Shown here: positions 38,546 through 49,472 of the stretch, piece by piece
Position numbering within the stretch: the first letter of the stretch is position 1
Layout of the letters: every line of letters begins with the position of its first letter
The notes under the pieces: generated by a model
Told to the model about the DNA's origin: nothing
The model's input: only the letters and a program-made list of their open reading frames with translations
The model's database searches: none
DNA from: Candidatus Methanomethylophilaceae archaeon
GTDB lineage: Archaea > Thermoplasmatota > Thermoplasmata > Methanomassiliicoccales > Methanomethylophilaceae
Assembly: GCA_944320495.1 (NCBI GenBank)
Contig: CALUHR010000005.1
Coordinates: forward strand, 64,001-128,000
Length of the DNA stretch: 64,000 nucleotides
Reading direction: 5' to 3'
Translations under genes and position numbers: made by a program

Positions 38546-39295
38546 ATGACCGAAATGCTGAGTGTGGTCGACCTACACGCCGAGGCGGGCGGGAGGGAGA
38601 TCCTCAAGGGCGTCGACCTGACCGTCGACCAGGGGGAGACCTGCGTCCTCTTCGGACCCAACGGTTCCGGGAAATCCACCCTGATGTCCACCATCATGGG
38701 ATACAGCAACATCACCGTCACGTCCGGCCAGATAATCTTCAAGGGCAAGGACATAACCGACATGCCGGTGGACGAGAGGGCGAAGCTGGGCATAGGCATG
38801 ATGATGCAGCGCCCCCCGAACATATACGGCGTCAAGCTCGGCGACCTCATCCGCGTCGCCTCCCCCCAGAACGGAGAGGCGGTGCTCGCGGATGCTGACA
38901 AGTTCAAGATGTCCGGCTTCCTGGACAGGGAGATCAACGTCGGGTTCTCCGGCGGGGAGATCAAGAGGTCCGAGCTGCTCCAGCTCACCGCCCAGAAGCC
39001 GGAGTTCATCCTCCTCGACGAGCCCGAATCCGGGGTCGACCTGGAGAACATCGACCTCATCGGCAACAAGGTCCACGACCTGCTGTACGACTCGGCCTGC
39101 CCCGGCAGGGGGAGGCACGTGTCGTCCCTGGTGATCACCCACACCGGCCAGATCATGGACTACATCGGCGCCGACAAGGGCTACGTGATGAAGAACGGCA
39201 GGATCCAGTGCAGGGGCAACCCGCTGGAGCTGCTGAAGGAGATAAAGAAGAACGGATACGGGGAGTGCGACGCATGCAGGATGATAAGGCTGTGA
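38546..39295 (+). CDS. sufC: Fe-S assembly ATPase SufC (minimal SUF)
   Basis: GPNGSGKST, NVGFSGGEIKRSE, LDEPESGVD, C-terminal CDAC. Confidence 0.95.
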   Translation: MTEMLSVVDLHAEAGGREILKGVDLTVDQGETCVLFGPNGSGKSTLMSTIMGYSNITVTSGQIIFKGKDITDMPVDERAKLGIGMMMQRPPNIYGVKLGDLIRVASPQNGEAVLADADKFKMSGFLDREINVGFSGGEIKRSELLQLTAQKPEFILLDEPESGVDLENIDLIGNKVHDLLYDSACPGRGRHVSSLVITHTGQIMDYIGADKGYVMKNGRIQCRGNPLELLKEIKKNGYGECDACRMIRL

Positions 39296-40476
39296 GGGAG
39301 GCGCTCTCCAAGAAGGGGGCCTACGGCGCGGACATCGACCTCGACAGGTACGAGGAGGGCAGCAGGGACGCCGAGCAGATCAGCGATCTGAAGGACTCGA
39401 AGTACAGCGCCTACATGGAGAAGGTCGGCGTCATCGCCGACGAGATGAACCGCTCCGGGACGCTGATGTTCATCGACAACGCCCCGAGCCACTGCTCGTC
39501 CGCGGTGCAGGAGGGGCTGGAGATGATGCCCCTCAGCCAGGCGCTCAAGGTGCACGATGGATTGAAAGATTACATGTGGAAGGCCGTCAGCCCAACCAAG
39601 GACAAGTACACCGCCAAGAGCTACCTGGAGGACTCCGACGGATACTTCGTGCGCGTGAAGGCGGGATACCACATCAAGGACCCCGTCCAGGCCTGCATGA
39701 TGCTCGATACCGACAGGACCATACAGAACGTCCACAACATCGTCATCGTCGAGGACGGCGCGTCCCTGGAGATGATCACCGGATGCTCCACGTCCCCTCA
39801 CGCCAACGACTCCCTGCACGTGGGGGTCTCCGAGATTTACGTGGGGAACGACGCGTCCCTCGCCTTCTCCATGATCCACAACTGGGGCAAGGAGACCGGC
39901 GTCCGCCCGAGGACCGGCACCGTCGTCGGCAAGAACTCCGCGTACACCAACAACTACGTGATACTCAACCCCGTGGGGACGCTGCAGAGCTTCCCCTCCT
40001 GCACCCTCGACGAGGGCAGCAGCGCGCTGTACAACACCATGTGCATCGCCCACGAGGGCTCCGACATCGACACCGGGGGCCTCGTCTACCTCAACGGGAG
40101 GGGCAGCAGCGCCCAGATCATGAGCAGGAGCATCTCCATGGGCGGGCACATGTGCGCCCGCGGAAGGCTCGTGGGCAACGCCCCCGAGGTCAAGGCCCAC
40201 CTGGAGTGCAGGAGCATCATCATGAAGGACGGCGGCTCGACGAGCGCCGTGCCGGAGCTGGAGGCGCACGTCGCGGACGTGGAGATGACCCACGAGGCGG
40301 CGGTCGGGAAGATCGCCCAGGACCAGATCGAGTACCTTATGTCCCGCGGCCTGAGCGAGGATGAGGCGGTCAGCATGATCGTCCGCGGATTCCTCTCCGG
40401 CAGCATCAACGGACTCCCGGCCGAGCTCCAGAGGGAGCTCGACGAGGCCATCTCCCAGGCCAACCTGGGGGACTGA
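39274..40476 (+). CDS. sufB: SufB/SufD-family scaffold
   Basis: PVQAC, NVHNIVIVE, HLECRSI, THEAAVGKI, YLMSRGLSEDEA. Confidence 0.92.
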   Translation: MQDDKAVREALSKKGAYGADIDLDRYEEGSRDAEQISDLKDSKYSAYMEKVGVIADEMNRSGTLMFIDNAPSHCSSAVQEGLEMMPLSQALKVHDGLKDYMWKAVSPTKDKYTAKSYLEDSDGYFVRVKAGYHIKDPVQACMMLDTDRTIQNVHNIVIVEDGASLEMITGCSTSPHANDSLHVGVSEIYVGNDASLAFSMIHNWGKETGVRPRTGTVVGKNSAYTNNYVILNPVGTLQSFPSCTLDEGSSALYNTMCIAHEGSDIDTGGLVYLNGRGSSAQIMSRSISMGGHMCARGRLVGNAPEVKAHLECRSIIMKDGGSTSAVPELEAHVADVEMTHEAAVGKIAQDQIEYLMSRGLSEDEAVSMIVRGFLSGSINGLPAELQRELDEAISQANLGD

Positions 40477-40634
40477 AACTACGCTTCCGGGAGGGGCCCC
40501 GGCCCCCCCCCCATTCTCATCGATCGTGACAGGACGCCGTCCGGGGACGACGTCGGGCCCCTCCTCCTGAAGCGACGGCCCCGAGGAGGCGGAAGGTTCC
40601 GCCCCCACCTTATTTCTATCCCGAGGGGGTACGC

Positions 40635-40994
40635 GTGGGCATGCCGGAAAGCAACCGTCCGTTCCAGTCCCTCGTGCTGGCGCTCCTGCTGGCCGTGGGC
40701 GGCCTCATCACCCTCGCCGCCGGCGCGGGATACATGGGGAACGAGGATGTGTCCGAGTACGTGGCGTCCATAGACATCATCGCGGGCATCATCCTGTTCG
40801 TCGCGGGCCTGGGATGCCTCGTGGGCAGGCCAGTCCTGTGGAAGCTCTGCTTCGCTTCGCTGATAGTCGAGATCGTGGCCGGGGTCGCCATGATGACCGT
40901 CACGATCGCCGGAGGGGTCCTCCTGGTGATCATCAGCGCCCTGTTCCTCTGGTGGATACACACCAACGCGATCAGGAAGTGGTTCGGGGTCTGA
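40635..40994 (+). CDS. Small 4-TM membrane protein
   Basis: Four hydrophobic stretches; GTG start. Confidence 0.65.
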   Translation: MGMPESNRPFQSLVLALLLAVGGLITLAAGAGYMGNEDVSEYVASIDIIAGIILFVAGLGCLVGRPVLWKLCFASLIVEIVAGVAMMTVTIAGGVLLVIISALFLWWIHTNAIRKWFGV

Positions 40995-41385
40995 ACTCCG
41001 CACCCGTCTCTATGGCCGTGAGGACGTTGCCCTCCGAGTCGTAGAACGAAACGCTCGTTCCCATCGGGCCCCTCGCCGGGTCCGATGCGAACCTCACCCC
41101 CTCGTCTATGAGACGGCGGCGGGTGTTGTACGGCGAGTCCACGCCGAACATTATGCCGGTGTCGATCCCCGGCCTGTCGCTCCTCCTCAGGACGATGCGG
41201 CACCGCCCGCGGACCAGGTACGATTCCGAGTCCCCCCGGGAGAGCAGGGCCATCCCCAGGACCTCCGTGTAGAAGCGGACCGCGCGCGCCATGTCTGCGA
41301 CGGGCACGGCGCAGGCGAACAGGGTCTCTGGAAGGCCTTCGCAGGTATATTCGAAATTCCCTCCTTCGGGATCTCCGAGCGGCAT
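40972..41385 (-). CDS. VOC/glyoxalase family protein
   Basis: VADMARAVRFYTEVLG...FYDSEGNVL. Confidence 0.8.
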   Translation of the reverse strand: MPLGDPEGGNFEYTCEGLPETLFACAVPVADMARAVRFYTEVLGMALLSRGDSESYLVRGRCRIVLRRSDRPGIDTGIMFGVDSPYNTRRRLIDEGVRFASDPARGPMGTSVSFYDSEGNVLTAIETGAEFRPRTTS

Positions 41386-41504
41386 GTCCCCCGGATTGCG
41401 AGCGGGATATTAAGCCGGAGCGGCCCCCGGAGGGGCCAGAACGGGTGTCGGATTGTGATTCGACCGAAATCATTATATATAACACTGGTATACCACGGAT
41501 TACT

Positions 41505-41577
41505 GCCCTGGTAGTGTAGCGGCCTATCATGAAGCCCTGTCGAGGCTTCGACTCGGATTCGAATTCCGACCAGGGCG
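41505..41577 (+). tRNA. tRNA-Asp(GTC), CCA not encoded
   Basis: GCCCTGG/CCAGGGC acceptor stem, GAAGCC-CTGTCGA-GGCTTC anticodon arm, TTCGAA T-loop; TATA at 41473-41480. Confidence 0.95.
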
Positions 41578-41825
41578 CTCATCTCTCTTTTTGAGAACCT
41601 TTGAAGCGTCATCCCCTTCGCTCAGCTTCATGCTCGTTAGGTCATCCTTCGGACCACCTGGATACAGACCCTCCGGAATGCGTCGACCTGCATTCGCATA
41701 ATGATCCGCCCCCAAATTCTTGAGTTTGATGATGAATTAACGGGGATATCCCGGTCGCGTTCGACACAGAATTTAGTTAAGGCCCCTCTACATTCATGAC
41801 ATAGTGCCTTGGAGCGCACACGGGT

Positions 41826-41880
41826 GGGGGGGGGGGCTGTTCAGTTTCGTCCAACCTCCCGTCTTCCGTTCGGAGGGAAA
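41826..41880 (+). promoter_or_regulatory. G11 tract plus SD-sequestering hairpin leader (copy 2)
   Basis: G11 at 41826-41836; CCTCCCGTCTTCCGTTCGGAGGGAAA before ATG 41882. Confidence 0.6.
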
Positions 41881-41881
41881 A

Positions 41882-44800
41882 ATGGACAGAAAAACAATGG
41901 CCGTCGCGCTGTTGGTCATCGCCTCACTTGTCCTGGGATTCACCCTGAACCCTTGGACCGATGAATATGAGGCGGATAATGTCAGCGATGCTGATTCGCT
42001 CAAGGATCTGATTGACGGCTTCGACAAAACGAAGAACAGTTACGGGATTAAACTAACAAACGATATCGAGATGAATTCACCGCTCATATTGGATTTTGGA
42101 GGAGATGTGGGTGAGGGCAGAAGCTACACCATCAACCTCTATCTTGGAGATCTCATCAATAAAAATACTCTCAGTTTTACAGGAGATTTCGAAGGACCTG
42201 CGATTCAGATCGTCAACAACGGTCTAGATACGATCACTTTCAATATCAGGGACGGAAACATCGTCGACGAACGTGAATCCAACGGATCTCTGACGACCGT
42301 CGAAGTCACAGGGTCTGAATCCGATGAAGCACCCACCACAGTGAAGATTTTCTCCAACGCCACTGTATCAATGACCGGTGCCTCAGAAACCGGGAGTAGC
42401 GTTGTGAGCCTCTCGAATAATGCCATCTTGGAACTGCAGGGCACCATAACCGCCTCAAACGAAAACGCAACAGGGGTTGTTTTGGACGGGTCCTCGATCA
42501 AAGTCTCCAATGAAAAAGCAATCATAGATTCAGAATCTAGTGCCATCTCCACCACAGACACTGACAAAGCTACGATAGAGATTGTATCCGGGACCGTCAG
42601 AAGCTCTGGGGACTCTGCAATTGTAGCCAACGGAGAGGTCTCTCTGACCGTAGGAAACGGACTGATCTCGGGCACGGACATCTCTATCGAATCGGAAAGT
42701 GGTCGGATCGACCTTACTCTGAAGGACGGAGGAGGGGTGTACAGCAGTGACATCTCGGAGTGCTGTGATATTCAAGAAGGTTATTCCTTGGTAGAGATCA
42801 ACGGCAGATGGTTCGCATCGTCTGACACGGCGGACCCCGTGGTTTCGCTCACTGACGACACCAACACAGCCAACTACGGAGAACTGACCGATGCAACCAC
42901 TGCCATCAGGTCTTCGGACGTGGACCTGACTGCCATCCTGAATAAGGACATAACAGAACAGTTCGAACTCAATTCCTCGGCAAACATCACCCTCGATCTT
43001 AACGGAAACGACATAACGGTCTCCAAGAACGATGCCATCATGATCGATGGCTCGGGCAAGATGACGGTGACTGACTCAAAGGGATCGTCTGTTGTCACCG
43101 GTGTATCGAGTGCCATCCTGAACCTCGGCAATCTGACCGTCACCAGTGGGACGTTCAAAGGCGATGACTATGCCATCCATCAATCAATTTATTCCGATGG
43201 GACGCTTACAATCGATGGAGGCATCTTCGAAGCCGAAAAGGCCCTCTCGGTTGAGAAGGGAGATGCCATAATCGAAAACGGCACCTTCACCGGAACCGTG
43301 GCAGGCGTTGAATGCTACAGCCTTGAAGGGAACAGCCCGTCGATAACCATAAACGGAGGCACGATCAGCGCGCCGACTGGCGCCACCGTGATCGGTTCCA
43401 ACAGCACAGCGACCGCCACCCTCATTCTGAACGACGGGACCATCACAGGGACCACCAACATGGGAATCGGAGGGAACGCAGGAAACGGCAACACCGTCAT
43501 CAAGATCAACGGGGGGACCGTGGAGTGTAGAGGCAATGAGAACTGTGCCGCGATATACCACCCGCAGAAGGGCACCCTGACCATCACCGGCGGGACGATC
43601 ACCGGGAAGACCGGAATCTCGTTCTGCGGAAGCGGATCCATCTCCATAACCGGTGGGACGATCACGGGAACCGGTGCGGATGATGTGGTTGGCTATGACT
43701 CCGGTCCCATCTCAGACGGGTCCGCCCTGTCGATCGTATCCCGCGGGACGAGCTATCAGGCCGATGGCGAGACGATCTCCGTCAACATCACCGGTGGGAC
43801 TCTCGTCAGCGAACAGGCCAACGGCATCTCCGAGTACACATACAGCTACTCGAACGGTACTCTGATCACAGGGGAGGACTCAGGGGTGGAATCCGTCGTT
43901 TCCGACGTGAGCATCTCGGACGGGACCGTGACGGGTGCCGATGGGAAGAGCGCCGTAGCTGGAGAGACCAGAGAATCCTACAGCGTCACCGGAGGAAAGT
44001 TCCTCTGCGGCTCCGAATCCGATCCGTCGATCGACGACTACATGGAACCGGGATACGACATCGATGAGGACACTGGGGAGGTCTTCGTGAATGGTGACGA
44101 GGCATACTTCCAGGTCGGGAGCGAGTACTTCATGGACCTCCAGTCAGCGATCGACGCCATCAACGGACAGGGCACCATCGAGGTCCTCAGGGACTACGTC
44201 TACGAAGGCGACCAGCAGTCCGTGGCAGCCATTCCCGCTGGCAAGGACATCATCATTGACCTGAACGGCAACGACATAGTCTCGGAATCCACCTACAATG
44301 GCGGAAAGGTCCGCGTCCTCACGGTGGACGGGGAAGTCACCATCATGGACAGCACGGCCGTCTCGGAGCCGAGCGTCGACCCCAATTTCGATGTATCCTA
44401 CACATCAGGATCCATCACGTCAGCGGGGACGACCCTGTACGCCCAGAACGGCGGGACTGTGACCATCGAGAGCGGTACGGTGAGGTCTACCGGAGATGAG
44501 ACCATCGCACTGTACGCATTCGGGGACATCAGCGGAGACGGCAGCATAGGATCATCCGTCATCGTCAACGGAGGGTTCATCGACGCCGTAGGGTACGCTG
44601 CGGTGCCCCTCGGTGTCGGAGCGTCCGTCACGGTCAACGGCGGAGTCCTCAGGACAACCAACAACCCCACCGTGTCAGGGAACGGGAGTGTCGGCGAGAA
44701 CAACCAGTGTGGCGGCGTCACCATAGACATCACCGGCGGAACCATCATCGGAATGATGACGGGGAGCTATGCCCAGAAGGGGTACATCGCATGCGCGGTC

Positions 44801-45835
44801 TACATGCCGAACTACGGTGACCTGAGCATCTCCGGAGGCGACATCATCGCAGTCGGAGGTGTGGCGGTCCTTGTACGCGCTGGAAACGTCGAGATCACCG
44901 GCGGCAGCATGACGTCCACTGGGACCACCAGCGGGAGGGTTTGCGACACGGACGTCGAGGTTCCATCGGCCGCGCTGGTCGTGGACCTGAAGGCTGGCTA
45001 TGGAGGCGCCCAGCTCGGAACGTTCGAGACGGACATCAGGAGCGGAAGCTTCTCCTCCGACATAGACGAGACCGTTCAGCAGATCTACGACACCGCTCCG
45101 ACAAGCGACATCATCACGGTTTACGGAGGCACGTTCGACACAGATGTCTCCGACTATGCCGCCGACGGCTACGTCGTCATACCAAATCCTGACGGCACCT
45201 ACGGAGCCGTCCAGAGCGACGTCTCCGAAGACACCATCACGGGAGTCGGGACCTACGCCTACGAGACCGACGGGTACGTCATCACCCTCCGTTCCAACGG
45301 TCAGTACGACGGTGTCACCCTGGTCCTCGGGTTCGGTCCGGTGGACGTCACCGTCGTTTGCTCCGTGACCGGGGACGTCACCGTCGTCTGCTGTCCCATC
45401 GACTCTGAAGATGCGGACTACGCGATAGAGCTCGACGTCTCCGGGGTAAGCGACACAGGGATGTCCATCACGATCGCGATCCCCGTGACCGTGGAGTCCG
45501 GATACAGCATCGACGCCGACTCGGTGTACGCCTACTCCATCGTGAACGGGGAGCGCGTCTCCGAGACCGCATACGTCTCCGGCGATTCCATCGTCATCGA
45601 GACCGACCACAACACGCCGTTCTACATCGGATACGAAATGGAGCCCGACCTCCCGCCGTTCATCCCGTTCCCGCCGGAACAGGGAGGGGACCCCGTGGAG
45701 GTCTACCCGAGCGGTGACGGCGGTTCCTCCGACGACGGCGACGACACCCTCAAGGTGGTCGCCTGCGCCGCGGCAGCGGTCATTGCGGCGATACTCGTCA
45801 TCGTCCTGGCGTCGACGTACAGGAAGAACCGATGA
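41882..45835 (+). CDS. Adhesin-like surface protein with beta-helix-like repeats and C-terminal TM anchor
   Basis: Many (T/N)GGTI repeats; C-terminus DLPPFIPFPP...VVACAAAAVIAAILVIVLASTYRKNR. Confidence 0.85.
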   Translation: MDRKTMAVALLVIASLVLGFTLNPWTDEYEADNVSDADSLKDLIDGFDKTKNSYGIKLTNDIEMNSPLILDFGGDVGEGRSYTINLYLGDLINKNTLSFTGDFEGPAIQIVNNGLDTITFNIRDGNIVDERESNGSLTTVEVTGSESDEAPTTVKIFSNATVSMTGASETGSSVVSLSNNAILELQGTITASNENATGVVLDGSSIKVSNEKAIIDSESSAISTTDTDKATIEIVSGTVRSSGDSAIVANGEVSLTVGNGLISGTDISIESESGRIDLTLKDGGGVYSSDISECCDIQEGYSLVEINGRWFASSDTADPVVSLTDDTNTANYGELTDATTAIRSSDVDLTAILNKDITEQFELNSSANITLDLNGNDITVSKNDAIMIDGSGKMTVTDSKGSSVVTGVSSAILNLGNLTVTSGTFKGDDYAIHQSIYSDGTLTIDGGIFEAEKALSVEKGDAIIENGTFTGTVAGVECYSLEGNSPSITINGGTISAPTGATVIGSNSTATATLILNDGTITGTTNMGIGGNAGNGNTVIKINGGTVECRGNENCAAIYHPQKGTLTITGGTITGKTGISFCGSGSISITGGTITGTGADDVVGYDSGPISDGSALSIVSRGTSYQADGETISVNITGGTLVSEQANGISEYTYSYSNGTLITGEDSGVESVVSDVSISDGTVTGADGKSAVAGETRESYSVTGGKFLCGSESDPSIDDYMEPGYDIDEDTGEVFVNGDEAYFQVGSEYFMDLQSAIDAINGQGTIEVLRDYVYEGDQQSVAAIPAGKDIIIDLNGNDIVSESTYNGGKVRVLTVDGEVTIMDSTAVSEPSVDPNFDVSYTSGSITSAGTTLYAQNGGTVTIESGTVRSTGDETIALYAFGDISGDGSIGSSVIVNGGFIDAVGYAAVPLGVGASVTVNGGVLRTTNNPTVSGNGSVGENNQCGGVTIDITGGTIIGMMTGSYAQKGYIACAVYMPNYGDLSISGGDIIAVGGVAVLVRAGNVEITGGSMTSTGTTSGRVCDTDVEVPSAALVVDLKAGYGGAQLGTFETDIRSGSFSSDIDETVQQIYDTAPTSDIITVYGGTFDTDVSDYAADGYVVIPNPDGTYGAVQSDVSEDTITGVGTYAYETDGYVITLRSNGQYDGVTLVLGFGPVDVTVVCSVTGDVTVVCCPIDSEDADYAIELDVSGVSDTGMSITIAIPVTVESGYSIDADSVYAYSIVNGERVSETAYVSGDSIVIETDHNTPFYIGYEMEPDLPPFIPFPPEQGGDPVEVYPSGDGGSSDDGDDTLKVVACAAAAVIAAILVIVLASTYRKNR

Positions 45836-45985
45836 TTCAAACGGGGCCCCGGCCCCACCTTACCCGCCCTACAGGGCGGGTTCCCAACCATACTTCACCC
45901 CCTCTTCCAACGGCATCCGATAAATACGAGGTGCGTTTTCATCGGTATTACTAATCAATAAATTCGTATTAACGAGTGTGATTGG

Positions 45986-47110
45986 ATGAACTACAAGTTG
46001 CTATCTATCATCGCCGTCGGGGCGATGCTCCTGACCGCCTTCGCGGCGGTCGACGCGTCCGCGGAGGACGCGGGCTTCGACATCACCGACGACACCGGGA
46101 AGACCGTCCACTTCGACGGCCCAGCCGAACACATAGCAGTCAACGGAACCGGAGCCGTACTCACCATCGCGGACGCGGGGGCCGTTGACAAGATCGTCGC
46201 GGTAGACCAGTATTCCACCTATGAGAGAACCGGATACGAGCAACTCAAGGGCCTCGATGCCATCAACCTTGGGAGCTTCTTCTACGAAACGAACCACGAC
46301 CTCATCGTCACATCCCTACTCAACCTCGTCAGTGAGGGAAAGATGACAGTGGACGACCCGGTCATCCTCACCGGATTCGCTCAGAATGCTGCGCTCAGGG
46401 AAATCCTCGAGGAAGCGGGATTCACCCACGTTCTCGTCTGGATGACCCAGAACATCACCGAGTACGACGACATCGTCGACTTCGTCGAGGACCTCACGAT
46501 GATCGCCACCGGCGAGCGCAGCGAATCCATCCAGCAGATGAGGGAGAAGATCGAGTACGTATCCTCCACCGTCTCCCAGGTACCTGAGGGCGAGAGGGCC
46601 AAGGCAATCTCCGTATGGTACACCAGCTCCACCGGAAGCCTGATGGTCAACAACATCGGAATCGCGGGAAGCATGCTCGAGCTCTGCAACGCCGAAAACA
46701 TCGGATACCGCGAGGACGGCGGAAGCAGATATGGGGACGACAACACCGTGATCAGCCTTCTGGGAGAGAACCCCGGGACCATCATCTTCATCTCCGACAG
46801 CTATGCCAGCTCCGGAAAGACTGCCGAAGACTTCCGCAACGAGTTCCTCGGTGGTAGTACCGACTACCCCATCGTCCTCATGGGGGCCCTCTGGAACAAC
46901 TACTGCCCCGAATCCGCCGACGGACTCATCCTGATGGCACAGGCCCTCTACCCCGAGTTGTTCGATGCCCAAGGAGGCGACGACACCCCGTCAGGCGACG
47001 ACACCTCCGACGGTTCCGATAATAACGCCCTCCTGTGGGCCGTCGCGCTGATAGTCGCCATCATTATAGTGGTGGCAGCATACGCCGTCTTCAAGAGGAC
47101 CCACACATGA
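45986..47110 (+). CDS. BtuF/FecB-type substrate-binding protein with C-terminal TM anchor
   Basis: ITDDTGKTV...AGAVDKIVAVD; signal peptide; C-terminal TM helix. Confidence 0.85.
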   Translation: MNYKLLSIIAVGAMLLTAFAAVDASAEDAGFDITDDTGKTVHFDGPAEHIAVNGTGAVLTIADAGAVDKIVAVDQYSTYERTGYEQLKGLDAINLGSFFYETNHDLIVTSLLNLVSEGKMTVDDPVILTGFAQNAALREILEEAGFTHVLVWMTQNITEYDDIVDFVEDLTMIATGERSESIQQMREKIEYVSSTVSQVPEGERAKAISVWYTSSTGSLMVNNIGIAGSMLELCNAENIGYREDGGSRYGDDNTVISLLGENPGTIIFISDSYASSGKTAEDFRNEFLGGSTDYPIVLMGALWNNYCPESADGLILMAQALYPELFDAQGGDDTPSGDDTSDGSDNNALLWAVALIVAIIIVVAAYAVFKRTHT

Positions 47111-48141
47111 GAAACGATTCAGCAGGACGGAGGATAACGAGAATCGGTCTGACCGCCATAGTTCTGATTGCGGTCACACTGGTCTTCGTCCTGCTGGATC
47201 TTGCCTGGGCAGGAACCAGGATCCTCTCCCTCGGAGAGGTCTGGTCCGCCCTCATGGGCGATGGCACCTGGGCCAACGACATAATCGTCAACCATAGGAA
47301 CGCGCCCCGTATCATCGCGGCCATCGTCATAGGGGCCGGACTGGCCGTCACCGGTTGCGTCATGCAGGCGGTGTTCAGAAACCCCCTGGCCACACCATAC
47401 ATCCTTGGACTCTCATCCGGAGCATCCCTGGGATCGGCATTCGCCATCATGCTCGTGCCTGCATCGATGATGGCTCTCGCCCAGCCCGTACTCGCTTTCG
47501 CGATGTGCCTTCTGACCACGTTCCTCGTCTATACCGTCTCCCGCTCCGGAGGAACGATGGTCAGGACGGAGACGCTCGTCCTTGCCGGAGTGGCCATCTC
47601 ATCCCTGTTCTCAGCCGTGGTCTCGTTCCTCACCTATGTGGCCCCCAGCGACAAGATGCAGAACATCGTCTTCTGGACCATGGGCAGCCTCGGAGGAGTC
47701 GGATACGAGGAACTGACCGTCGTGCTTCCCATAGTAATCATCGGAATTGTTCTGATGCTGACCCAGTGCAGAAACCTCAACGCCATGATGATCGGCGACT
47801 CCCACGCGATGGACCTCGGGGTGGACGTCAGGAAGGTCAGGATCGCCCTCCTGATCGTCTCTTCCTTCGTGGTCGCTGCCTGCGTCGCGTTCGTCGGAAC
47901 GATCGGGTTCGTCGGTCTCGTCATCCCCCACATCCTGAGGATGGTGATGGGGCCCGACAACCGCCTCATCATGCCCATGAGCGTCATAGGCGGTGCCGCC
48001 TTCCTCCTGATCAGCGACTGGGTCGCGCACATCGTGGCCCCCTACTACGGAGTGCTTCCCATCGGAGTCGTGACAGCCCTGGTCGGAGGTCCCTTCTTCA
48101 TCTACCTCCTGTGCAGGAGGAAGAGGGAGGTGGGATGGTGA
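47107..48141 (+). CDS. FecCD/BtuC permease
   Basis: FRNPLATPYILGLSSGA, GTIGFVGLVIPH, LPIGVV. Confidence 0.9.
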   Translation: MRNDSAGRRITRIGLTAIVLIAVTLVFVLLDLAWAGTRILSLGEVWSALMGDGTWANDIIVNHRNAPRIIAAIVIGAGLAVTGCVMQAVFRNPLATPYILGLSSGASLGSAFAIMLVPASMMALAQPVLAFAMCLLTTFLVYTVSRSGGTMVRTETLVLAGVAISSLFSAVVSFLTYVAPSDKMQNIVFWTMGSLGGVGYEELTVVLPIVIIGIVLMLTQCRNLNAMMIGDSHAMDLGVDVRKVRIALLIVSSFVVAACVAFVGTIGFVGLVIPHILRMVMGPDNRLIMPMSVIGGAAFLLISDWVAHIVAPYYGVLPIGVVTALVGGPFFIYLLCRRKREVGW

Positions 48142-48929
48142 CGTCCCCGCTCGAGGTCCGCGAGCTCGGATACGACTATGACGGGAGGTCCATCCTCGAC
48201 TCCGTCACATGGGACCTCCGCAAGGGGGAGATCCTCGGCGTCCTGGGCCCCAACGGATGCGGCAAGACCACTATGCTGAGGAACCTCAACAGGAACCTCT
48301 CGCCCAAACGCGGATGCGTCGTCCTCGCCGGCACCGACCTGGAGGACATGGCCAAGAGGGACATAGCCAGGCACATCGCCGCCGTTCCCCAGAGCAACGA
48401 GATCCGCTTCGCCTTCACCGTCCGCGAGATGGTCGCCATGGGCAGGATGCCCTTCCAGGAGGCCTTCCGCGGGAACTCCTCCGAGGACGAGCGCATAATC
48501 GACGAGGCCATGGAGCTCACCGGCATCACCCACATGTCCGACCGCCTGATCAACACCATGAGCGGCGGAGAGCGTCAGCGCGTGATCATCGCACGCGCGC
48601 TGACACAGCAGCCGGAGATCCTCCTGATGGATGAGCCGACACTACATCTTGACATCAACATGCAGTTCGAGGTCCTCGACCTGGTGTCCAAACTCTCCAG
48701 GGACAGGGGGCTCACCGTCGTCATCGTGTCCCACGACCTGCCGATGGTCGCCCGCTACTGCGACAGGATCATCCTCATCCACGACAGGACCGTCTGGGCC
48801 GAGGGGAAACCCGAGGACGTCCTCACGCCGGAGAACATGCGCACGGTGTTCAACATCGACGCTAGGTTCGAGCTGGATGACAGGGGCCAGAGGACCGTGA
48901 GGCTCTACGGCGCCTGCCCCAGGGAATGA
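48135..48929 (+). CDS. FepC/BtuD-family ABC ATPase
   Basis: GPNGCGKTT, MSGGERQR, LMDEPT. Confidence 0.9.
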   Translation: MVTSPLEVRELGYDYDGRSILDSVTWDLRKGEILGVLGPNGCGKTTMLRNLNRNLSPKRGCVVLAGTDLEDMAKRDIARHIAAVPQSNEIRFAFTVREMVAMGRMPFQEAFRGNSSEDERIIDEAMELTGITHMSDRLINTMSGGERQRVIIARALTQQPEILLMDEPTLHLDINMQFEVLDLVSKLSRDRGLTVVIVSHDLPMVARYCDRIILIHDRTVWAEGKPEDVLTPENMRTVFNIDARFELDDRGQRTVRLYGACPRE

Positions 48930-48979
48930 CTATCGGTTCGTAGGATGACTCGATCGAGTTCTGCCCTCGTCGAGAACTT

Positions 48980-49206
48980 GCTGAAAGGCGGGAAGTCCGA
49001 GTGCACCGGCTTCTCAACTCTCGGTGCACCCGGAACCGTCCCGGCAGGAGGTGATACGACCCTAGTGATCATCGCTGAAATCCGGAACTCTGGTTCCTAG
49101 TGACGATCGTCACCGGCGGCGGTGTGATCGTCATTGACATTCCGTAAGGAATGCCGAGGTCTGATCCGCCTCAAGGATCCGGCTCCTTCGGGAGCCGTTA
49201 CCTCCT
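48980..49206 (+). ncRNA. Unassigned structured RNA element, copy A
   Basis: Multi-hairpin fold closed by AGGAGGTGA/TTACCTCCT, terminal CGGCTCC-TTCG-GGAGCCG; homologous to copy B. Confidence 0.55.
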
Positions 49207-49472
49207 TGGTTCTAGTAATGGACGCGTGCGATATAACAATCTGCCGACAGAGTAACCGCCGGAATACGATTCCCGGATGCCTTGAATCTTCAGAATGCTG
49301 CGCGACCACAGTCCGTTCCGACGAATGAGGACGTCATGGATGCTGCTGTCCAAGAGCTTGAGACCCTACGACACTCTACTCTCGAGGATCGGAATCGATT
49401 ATGTTTAAGGTCCTAGATCATAATTCTTATCGAAGAGCAAGTGTTAATTAGACCCATGCCAATCTCATATCC

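Noticed and set aside
40480-40615. ncRNA in the GC-rich hairpin stretch after sufB
   Set aside because: Short and explainable as a terminator plus chance GC stems; no second copy or covariation.
41505-45900. Island integrated at tRNA-Asp
   Set aside because: Downstream DNA looks AT-richer, but I found no duplicated tRNA 3' end or integrase.
45982-45998. Operator half-site TTGGATGA at the third SBP
   Set aside because: The second half is missing; the match is largely the start codon.
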